Program-made: the position numbers and the translations under genes | The notes under the pieces: model-generated | What the model was told of the DNA's origin: nothing | Databases searched by the model: none | The model's input: only the letters and a program-made list of their open reading frames with translations | From: Bacteroidales bacterium | GTDB lineage: Bacteria > Bacteroidota > Bacteroidia > Bacteroidales > UBA932 | Length of the DNA: 64,000 nucleotides | Direction of reading: 5' to 3' | Assembly (NCBI GenBank): GCA_017561885.1 | Contig: JAFZBF010000032.1 | Span: 3,618-67,617 of the forward strand | Shown: positions 56,882-64,000 of the stretch, in pieces | Layout of the letters: every line of letters begins with the position of its first letter | Numbering within the stretch: position 1 is the first letter of the stretch

Positions 56882-57682
56882 ATGAGACTAATCATTGAAG
56901 AATCCTACGGGAAGATGTCCCAATGGGCTGCTGAATACATTGTCAAGAGGATCAATGAGTTCCAGCCTACCGCCGAGAAACCCTTCGTACTTGGCCTTCC
57001 TACCGGTTCCACCCCCATCGGTACCTACAAAGAACTGATCCATCTGTATGAAACAGGAAAAGTCAATTTCGAGAATGTAGTTACTTTCAATATGGATGAA
57101 TATGTCGGCCTTCCCGAGGACCATCCGGAGAGCTATCATACTTTTATGTATGAGAATTTCTTCAATCACGTGAATGTTAAGAAGGAGAACATCAATATCC
57201 TTAACGGCAACGCTGAAGACCTTGCTGCAGAGTGCGAACGCTATGAGGAGAAGATCAAGTCATACGGCGGCATCAGACTGTTCATGGGCGGTATCGGTCC
57301 TGACGGTCACATTGCCTTCAACGAACCCGGTTCTTCTCTCAATTCACGCACCAGGCTCAAATATCTGACTACCGACACCATCATCGCCAATTCCCGTTTC
57401 TTCAACCACGACCTCGAGAAGGTTCCGAAGACTGCGCTCACAGTAGGTGTGGCAACTGTCATGGATGCTTATGAGGTTCTCATCCTCGCCAACGGTCATA
57501 ACAAGGCTCGCGCTCTTTATCACGCCGTAGAAGGTTCGGTGAACCATATGTGGACAATCTCTATCCTTCAGCTTCACCCGAGGGGAATCATCGTATGTGA
57601 TGACGCTGCTACCGTCGAGCTCAAGGTGGGTACTGTCAATTACTACAAGGACATCGAGCACAGGGCTCTGCACAAGGATTAG
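56882..57682 (+). CDS. nagB: Glucosamine-6-phosphate deaminase
   Basis: [17 protein letters not shown] and [17 protein letters not shown] motifs. 266 aa. Confidence 0.93.
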   Translation: MRLIIEESYGKMSQWAAEYIVKRINEFQPTAEKPFVLGLPTGSTPIGTYKELIHLYETGKVNFENVVTFNMDEYVGLPEDHPESYHTFMYENFFNHVNVKKENINILNGNAEDLAAECERYEEKIKSYGGIRLFMGGIGPDGHIAFNEPGSSLNSRTRLKYLTTDTIIANSRFFNHDLEKVPKTALTVGVATVMDAYEVLILANGHNKARALYHAVEGSVNHMWTISILQLHPRGIIVCDDAATVELKVGTVNYYKDIEHRALHKD

Positions 57683-57685
57683 AAG

Positions 57686-59506
57686 ATGTATCGCAGGCAG
57701 GCTTTGGATGCTGTCCGCAAGATGCTTGCGGACAATGGAGCGGATGCTGTCATCATTCCTTCGAATGACTGTCATTTCGGGGAATATGTGCCCGATTACT
57801 TCAAGGTCCGCGGTTGGCTGAGCGGCTTCGACGGTTCTGCCGGAACTCTTGTCGTTACAACTTCTGATGCCGCCTTGTGGACTGACAGCCGTTATTTCAT
57901 ACAGGCTGCACGGCAGATCGAGGGGACGGGTATCAGGCTTATGAAGCTGAAGATCGCAGGAACTCCTTCGATTGCGCAGTGGTTGCATTCGCTGAACGTC
58001 TCCAAGGTGCTGGTTGACGGTGACCTTTTCAGCCGCAGGGAATTCATCTCTTTGACGAAGGAGCTTGCTCCGGCTGCCCTGCAGGCCGTGGACGATCCGT
58101 TCCGTGCAATCTGGAAGGACCGTCCGGCCCTGGTCAGCAAGCCTATCGTCCTTATGCCGGAAAACATCGGCGGAAAGAGCGTCGTCGAAAAGCGCGTCGC
58201 CGTGACTGAAAAGCTTGGCTGCAAGGGCAGCTTCGCATACATAATCAGCGCCTGCGACGAGATAATGTGGCTCTGCAACATCCGTGGCGAAGACATAGAG
58301 TACAATCCTGTAGCTTTGTCATACTGCGTTCTCACAGAGGACTGCATCCATCTGTTCTGCCACCTTGAAAGCCTTTCTGCCGAGGCCCGGGGGTACCTCG
58401 AGTTGCAGGATGTCGTGCTTCACGAGTACGGGGCGTTCCGCGATTTCTTGCGCGGACTGGATGGCTCTGTGACCAGGATATGCCAGACTTCTTCCATCAA
58501 TGTCAACAACTGGTCTGCAGCATTTGCAAACGTGAAAGCCGGAGAAGAGGAATCTCTCTTCATGGAGGATCCGACTCCGGGCGGCAGCGTGGCCTGGCTG
58601 CGCAGCCGCAAGAATTCAGTGGAGCTGGCCGGTTTCCGCAATGCTTTCATCAATGATGGCATCGCCTGGGTCAAGCTCCTCAAGTATCTGGATGACAACA
58701 TTCCTTCAGGACGGCTCAACGAGTTCCAGGTTGCCGAAAAACTGCAGGAGTTCCGTCGCGAATGTCCCGATTACCTGGGCGAGAGTTTCGAGCCGATTGT
58801 CGCTTACAATGCGAATGCGGCCTCTGCTCACTACAGCGTGACCAGCGAGGCGGATGCGGCGAGAATCAAGCCTTATGGTTTCCTGCTTATGGACACAGGC
58901 GCTCATTATCCCTACGGCACCACTGATACCACCCGTACGCTGATGCTCAGCGACCGCAATGATTTCACAGGCAAGAGCGACCGCCTGATCCAGCAGATGA
59001 GGGATGATTATACTCTCGTGCTGAAAGGTATGATAGACCTTGCCACGGCTGTATTTCCGTCAGGCACCCGCGGCAGCCAGCTGGACATCCTGGCCCGCGG
59101 CCCGATGTATCCCACCGGCAAGATGTATTATCACGGTACCAGCCACGGCATAGGGCATCATCTGTGCGTACACGAACCTCCCCAGATCAGGATGGAGGAG
59201 AGTCCTCTCGTAATCGACGAGGGTATGGTTATGTCGGACGAGCCGGCAATCTATATCGAGGGCCAGTACGGTATCCGCACTGAGAATGTGGTAACCGTGG
59301 TTCCTTTCAAGGAGACTCCTTACGGCAAGTTCCTCAAGTTCGACACTATGACCCTGGTGCCCATAGACATCCGTCCCGTGAACTTCAAACTGCTCACTCA
59401 CAAGGAAGAACAGTGGCTCTACGACTACAACGAACACGTCTACAACGTCCTCAAGCCATACCTCTCCAAACAGGAAGCCTACTGGCTCTGGAAACAGATC
59501 GTATAA
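57686..59506 (+). CDS. pepP: Xaa-Pro aminopeptidase (M24B, aminopeptidase P family)
   Basis: Creatinase-like N-terminal domains plus the M24 metal-ligand blocks MDTGAHY, HGTSHGIGHHLCVHE and SDEPAIY. Confidence 0.85.
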   Translation: MYRRQALDAVRKMLADNGADAVIIPSNDCHFGEYVPDYFKVRGWLSGFDGSAGTLVVTTSDAALWTDSRYFIQAARQIEGTGIRLMKLKIAGTPSIAQWLHSLNVSKVLVDGDLFSRREFISLTKELAPAALQAVDDPFRAIWKDRPALVSKPIVLMPENIGGKSVVEKRVAVTEKLGCKGSFAYIISACDEIMWLCNIRGEDIEYNPVALSYCVLTEDCIHLFCHLESLSAEARGYLELQDVVLHEYGAFRDFLRGLDGSVTRICQTSSINVNNWSAAFANVKAGEEESLFMEDPTPGGSVAWLRSRKNSVELAGFRNAFINDGIAWVKLLKYLDDNIPSGRLNEFQVAEKLQEFRRECPDYLGESFEPIVAYNANAASAHYSVTSEADAARIKPYGFLLMDTGAHYPYGTTDTTRTLMLSDRNDFTGKSDRLIQQMRDDYTLVLKGMIDLATAVFPSGTRGSQLDILARGPMYPTGKMYYHGTSHGIGHHLCVHEPPQIRMEESPLVIDEGMVMSDEPAIYIEGQYGIRTENVVTVVPFKETPYGKFLKFDTMTLVPIDIRPVNFKLLTHKEEQWLYDYNEHVYNVLKPYLSKQEAYWLWKQIV

Positions 59507-59510
59507 AATA

Positions 59511-59540
59511 AAAAAAGCTTCCTGCGAAGGAAGCTTTTTT
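59511..59540. terminator. Bidirectional rho-independent terminator between convergent pepP and gdhA
   Basis: AAAAAAGCTTCC (59511..59522) is the perfect reverse complement of GGAAGCTTTTTT (59529..59540), across a 6-nt loop. A/T runs lie on both sides. Confidence 0.8.
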
Positions 59541-59556
59541 TATTTGAGATTGATAG

Positions 59557-60900
59557 CTAGATCGTACCTTGCTCGAGCATAGCGGTGGCGACTTTCATGA
59601 AGCCGGCGATGTTGGCTCCCTTTACGTAATCGATGGTGCCGTCGGGTTTCTTTCCGTATTTGACGCACTGCTCGTGGATGGACGACATTATGTGGTGCAG
59701 CTTGGCGTCAACTTCTTCAGCCGTCCAGCTGATGTGGCTTGCGTTCTGGGTCATCTCGAGACCTGAGGTGGCTACGCCGCCCGCATTGACAGCCTTGCCG
59801 GGAGCGAACAGGATACCGGCCTTCTGGAACTCGTGGATAGCCTCGGGACGGCAGCCCATATTCGAAACTTCGCAGCAGCACCAGGTACCGTTTGCCAGCA
59901 GTTCCTTTGCATCTTCACCTGTGAGTTCGTTCTGGAATGCGCAAGGGAGAGCGATGTCGCATTTGATGCTCCAGGATTTCTTGCCGGCAGTGAAGAATGC
60001 CTTGTCCGGGAACTTGTCTGCCATCATCGAAACGATGTCGCGGTTTGAAGCGCGCATAACGAGCATATAGTCGATCATCTCCTGAGTGATGCCGTCAGGA
60101 ATGTGGCATACTCCGTCAGGACCTGAAATTGCAATCACCTTGGCACCGAGCTCGGTGGCTTTCTTGGCAGCACCCCAGGCAACGTTTCCGAAGCCGCTGA
60201 GAGCGATGGTCTTGCCCTTGATGTCCTTGCCTGCGGTCTTGAGCACCTGGTTGGTGAAATACAGGGCGCCGTAGCCGGTAGCCTCAGGACGAAGTATGCT
60301 TCCGCCCCAGGTCATACCCTTGCCGGTGAGCACGCCTGTATTGTATTCGCGTGCAAGTTTCTTGTACATTCCTGTGAGATAGCCGATCTCGCGTCCGCCG
60401 ACTCCCACGTCACCTGCAGGGACGTCAGTGTCAGGACCGATGTTGCGCCAGAGTTCAAGCATGAAGGCCTGGCAGAAGCGCATTATCTCAGCATCAGACT
60501 TGCCTTTCGGATCGAAATCGCTGCCGCCTTTGCCGCCGCCCATAGGCAGAGTGGTGAGGGCGTTCTTGAATGTCTGTTCGAAGCCCAGGAACTTGAGCAT
60601 CGAGGGAGTCACAGCCTTGTGGAAACGCAAGCCTCCCTTGTAGGGGCCGATGGCTGCATTGAACTGGACACGGTATCCAAGGTTGGTCTGGACTTCACCC
60701 TTGTCATCAACCCAAACAACGCGGAAAGTGAATATCCTGTCGGGCTCAACGATCCTTTCGACTATTTTAGCTTTCTCGAATTCGGGATGCTGGTTGTAGA
60801 CATCCTCGATTGATTCAAGCACTTCGCGAACCGCTTGCAGGTACGCCTGCTCATGACCGTATTTTTTTACAAGTCCGGTCATTATTTCAGATACTTTCAT
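59557..60900 (-). CDS. gdhA: NADP-specific glutamate dehydrogenase
   Basis: GPYKGGLRFH and LPMGGGKGGSDFDPKGKSD catalytic-lysine region, plus the GFGNVAWGAA Rossmann motif. 447 aa. Confidence 0.95.
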   Translation of the reverse strand: MKVSEIMTGLVKKYGHEQAYLQAVREVLESIEDVYNQHPEFEKAKIVERIVEPDRIFTFRVVWVDDKGEVQTNLGYRVQFNAAIGPYKGGLRFHKAVTPSMLKFLGFEQTFKNALTTLPMGGGKGGSDFDPKGKSDAEIMRFCQAFMLELWRNIGPDTDVPAGDVGVGGREIGYLTGMYKKLAREYNTGVLTGKGMTWGGSILRPEATGYGALYFTNQVLKTAGKDIKGKTIALSGFGNVAWGAAKKATELGAKVIAISGPDGVCHIPDGITQEMIDYMLVMRASNRDIVSMMADKFPDKAFFTAGKKSWSIKCDIALPCAFQNELTGEDAKELLANGTWCCCEVSNMGCRPEAIHEFQKAGILFAPGKAVNAGGVATSGLEMTQNASHISWTAEEVDAKLHHIMSSIHEQCVKYGKKPDGTIDYVKGANIAGFMKVATAMLEQGTI

Positions 60901-61035
60901 GATATTTGATAACTTTTGTTTTTATTTATAATGTAATACTAATCTGCCGCGATTATTTACGAATTATAATCATTTTTTGCGAGATTACCAAAAAAAATAC
61001 AACTGAAGTGTTATTTTTATTTTTTTAACTTTGCC

Positions 61036-64000
61036 AATGGAAATGGAACTGGATAATTTCATACATCTGAATTTCGCTGAGCAACAGCCAGATAGGTTAA
61101 TGCAGTACCGTATTCGCAAGATTCTTCTTGTCTGCTGCAGCTACGATGAATACATCCTTGAAGAGGATGGACATATTGAAACCCAGATCAACAGGGAGTA
61201 CAGCGAACTCAATATTAGCAATCCTCCCACAATCGTACACGTTACCACTACTGAAGACGCCCTGGCGCATCTGAAGGCCGAAGATGACTTCGACTGTGTC
61301 ATCACAATGTTCAACGTCGGAGGTGACGGTGACGTGTTCCAGTTCGCCGATGAAATAAAAACTGTAAGCCCCGGCCTTCCAGTCGTGGTCCTGTCAAGTT
61401 TCTCAAAGACTGTTTACAACAGGATTCACGAGACATCCAATTCGTCCATCGACAATTTCTTCTGCTGGCACGGAAGTTCCGATCTGCTCATAGCCATCAT
61501 CAAGCTGATGGAGGACAAGCTGAACGCCGCAAACGACATTCTGGAAAACGGAGTCCAGGCCATCCTGCTTATTGAAGATTCGATACGTTTCTACAGCAGC
61601 TACCTATCGGAACTTTACCGCATCCTTCTGCTGCAGAACCACGAATCCATCAAGGATGCCTACAATGAGGACCAGCAGATAATGCGCAAGCGCTCGCGCC
61701 CGAAAGTGCTGTTGGCTACCAATATGGCTGAAGGCGTCGAGCTCTACAACAAATACAGGGACAACCTCCTCGGAGTCATCTCCGATGTGGGCATGATACG
61801 CAAGCCCGGCGACAAGGTATATGACGAGAAGAAAGACGCCGGCATTGAGATCGCGAAGATGGTGAAGTCCCAGACTCCCTGGATGCCTGTCATCCTGCAG
61901 TCTTCACAGTCTGAATACAAGCAGGTTGCCGACGAGATGGGGGTCGGCTTCATAGCCAAGAATTCTCCTACTTTGCTGGAAAGCCTGAGACATTACATTC
62001 TCAAGGAATTCTGCTTCGGCGATTTCGAATTCGAATCCAAGGGCTCTGCGCTCAATTTCGGACACGCGGCCGATCTCCAGCAGATGGAGGAACTCATAAA
62101 GATAGTCCCGGACGATGTCCTTGAATACAACCTGTCCCAGATGCGTCTGTCGAAGTGGCTGTATGCAAGGGGTCTGTTCCCGCTTGCCAAGGTGCTCAGG
62201 AGCATTAACAGCAGCGATTTCGAGTCTACCGAGGCCCACCGCACATCTTTGGTAAAGCTGTTCCACGACTATCGCAGGATGCTCGGCCAGGGCATCGTGG
62301 CCCAGTTCGACGAGAAGCATTACAGCGACGCCATCAGTTTCGCCAGGATAGGAGAGGGTTCCATCGGCGGCAAGGCCCGCGGCCTGGCATTCATGAACGG
62401 CGTACTCGCGAAGCACAACCACTATTTCAAGTATCCGAACGTAAGGATAATGATACCGCGCAGCGTGGTCCTCGCAACTGACTGTTTCGACGACTTCCTT
62501 TCGCTGAACGGCTTGCGCAACATCATACTTGAAGAAGGGATGGATGATGATTCCGTTCTTTCTGAATTTCTCAACAGCATAGTTCCGCCGTATCTGTACA
62601 GCCAGCTGAAAGCCTTCGTGGTCACCTGTACCAGGCCTCTCGCCGTACGCTCTTCTTCAAAGCTCGAGGATTCGCACTACCAGCCTTTCGCCGGCGTATA
62701 TTCTACATATATGATTCCCCGCTGCGAGGATGACGACCAGATGCTCCGTATGCTCATACGTGCCATCAAGAGCGTCTACGCATCTGTGTTCTACTCATCT
62801 TCGCGAGCATATATCCAGTCCACCCAGAACGTTCTGTCTGAAGAGAAAATGGCCGTGCTGATACAAGAAGTCTGCGGCACCGAGGATGGCGGCTATTATT
62901 TCCCGACGCTCTCGGGTGTCGCCCGCTCCCGCAATATGTATCCCATCGGCCACGAGAAGTGCGAAGACGGTGTCTGCAACATCGCTATGGGGCTAGGCAA
63001 GGCGGTTGTGGACGGCGAGAAGACCCTGCGTTTCTGCCCGGTATATCCTGACAACGTACTCCAGACTTCCACTCCGACACTGGCTGTCCAGGAGGCGCAG
63101 ACAGAGATCATGGCTCTGGATATGAATCCCAACAGCTTCAAGGCTTCAACCAACGATGCTGTGAACATAGTCCGTATCTCGACCACTGAAGTCGAGAAAT
63201 ACCGCAACGCCAAATATACCTGTTCGTATTACGACTATCTGAACGACCGTATCAGCGAGGCTGCTCCGTTCGGCTCCGCGTTCAGGGTGATAACATTCAA
63301 CCGCATCCTCAAGTACAATTCCTTCCCGCTTGCCGAGATTCTCCGAGACTTGCTTGCAATTGGCGAGAATGAGCTTCTCAGCCCGGTGGAAATAGAATTC
63401 GCGGTCAATATGGATGTCAATACGGGCGAGACCCCGGTATTCTATCTGTTGCAGATAAGACCCATCATCCAGAACGACGAGAGCAAGAAGCTGGACTGGT
63501 CGAAGGTCGATACCTCGGATGCCATAGTCTATTCCCAGTCGGCTCTCGGAACAGGTTTGATGAGCGGTATCAGACACGTGATATATATGAAATTCGACAA
63601 GTTCTCTCCGCTGACCACCGAGGCCATTGCAGAAGAACTTCGCGAATTCAACAGATACCTCAAGGACAATCATCAGGAATATGTGCTGATAGGCACAGGC
63701 CGATGGGGATCTACCGATCCTCTGCTGGGAGTTCCGGTGCGCTGGGATCACATCTCAGAGGCGAGGGTGATAATAGAGTCCGCGCTGCCTGAGTTCAATA
63801 TCGAGGCAAGCCAGGGTACACATTTCTTCCAGAACGTCACTTCGCTGGGCGTGGGATATCTCTCGCTTGACCCCGGCCACGGTGACGGTATCCTGAATCT
63901 GAAGATTCTGGACGAGATGCCTGCAGAAAAAGATGGGGCATATCTGCGTATGGTTGCTTTCGACAAGCCGCTCTACATCTATGTGGACGGCCAGTCGCGT
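61036..64000 (+). CDS. Partial (3' end outside window; not in supplied ORF track): large protein with a degenerate receiver-like domain, a canonical-looking receiver domain and a PEP/pyruvate-binding (PPDK_N, ATP-grasp) domain
   Basis: Manual translation from the ATG at 61036 gives MEMELDNFIHLNFAEQQPDRLMQYRIRKILLVCCSYDEY... It stays open for 988 codons to the window end. Receiver features: AILLIEDS, LLGVISDVGM, PVILQSSQ, GFIAKNS. PPDK_N hallmark: GEGSIGGKARGLAFMN. All minus-strand ORFs at 61744..63966 lie antisense to it. Confidence 0.8.

Noticed and set aside
61744-63966. Series of minus-strand ORFs (61744..61959, 61904..62422, 62896..63213, 63146..63751, 63748..63966) that are the only track entries right of 61 kb
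   Set aside because: All lie antisense to one continuous plus-strand reading frame (61036 to the window end) that has receiver and PPDK_N motifs. The track omitted that frame only because it lacks a stop in the window.

Overview
This looks like a chromosomal fragment from a Bacteroidales-type genome. The evidence is parA-parB-DUF5683-lytic transglycosylase synteny, bamD-rpoZ-recN, a TonB-dependent receptor with a DUF4249-like partner, many lipobox signal peptides, and TAnnTTTG promoter boxes. All family calls come from motif recognition by eye; no searches were run.

The window splits into two parts. Part A (1..~15.9 kb) is a compositionally mosaic, partly AT-rich accessory region. It carries:
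- a 2257-aa Sec-signal RHS/Tc-like polymorphic toxin with an AT-rich HExxH toxin tip
- an ORF absent from the supplied track that runs off the left edge, a candidate immunity gene
- a membrane-spanning TPR/HTH-like regulator
- a DUF3244-like small protein followed by a C10 (streptopain-family) lipoprotein whose nucleophile Cys is replaced by Ser
- a DUF4249-like lipoprotein, a TonB-dependent receptor and two divergent tandem paralogous lipoproteins that share a perfectly conserved 29-bp 3' end

Part B (~15.9..64 kb) is mostly housekeeping: proBA, purU, grpE-dnaJ, purE, parAB, tRNA-Phe, priA, trxB, bamD, rpoZ, recN, nagB, pepP, gdhA. Oddities in part B:
- an in-frame hpt-adk fusion
- tryptophanase tightly coupled to a DUF554 membrane protein
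- a 5'-truncated cbiD behind a hairpin-dense spacer
- a lipoprotein-type nitroreductase
- a fully exported Gfo/Idh/MocA - PmoA-like - oxidoreductase trio
- a large receiver-fused PEP/pyruvate-binding (PPDK_N) protein, also absent from the track, running off the right edge

I recognised no CRISPR array, transposase or integrase.
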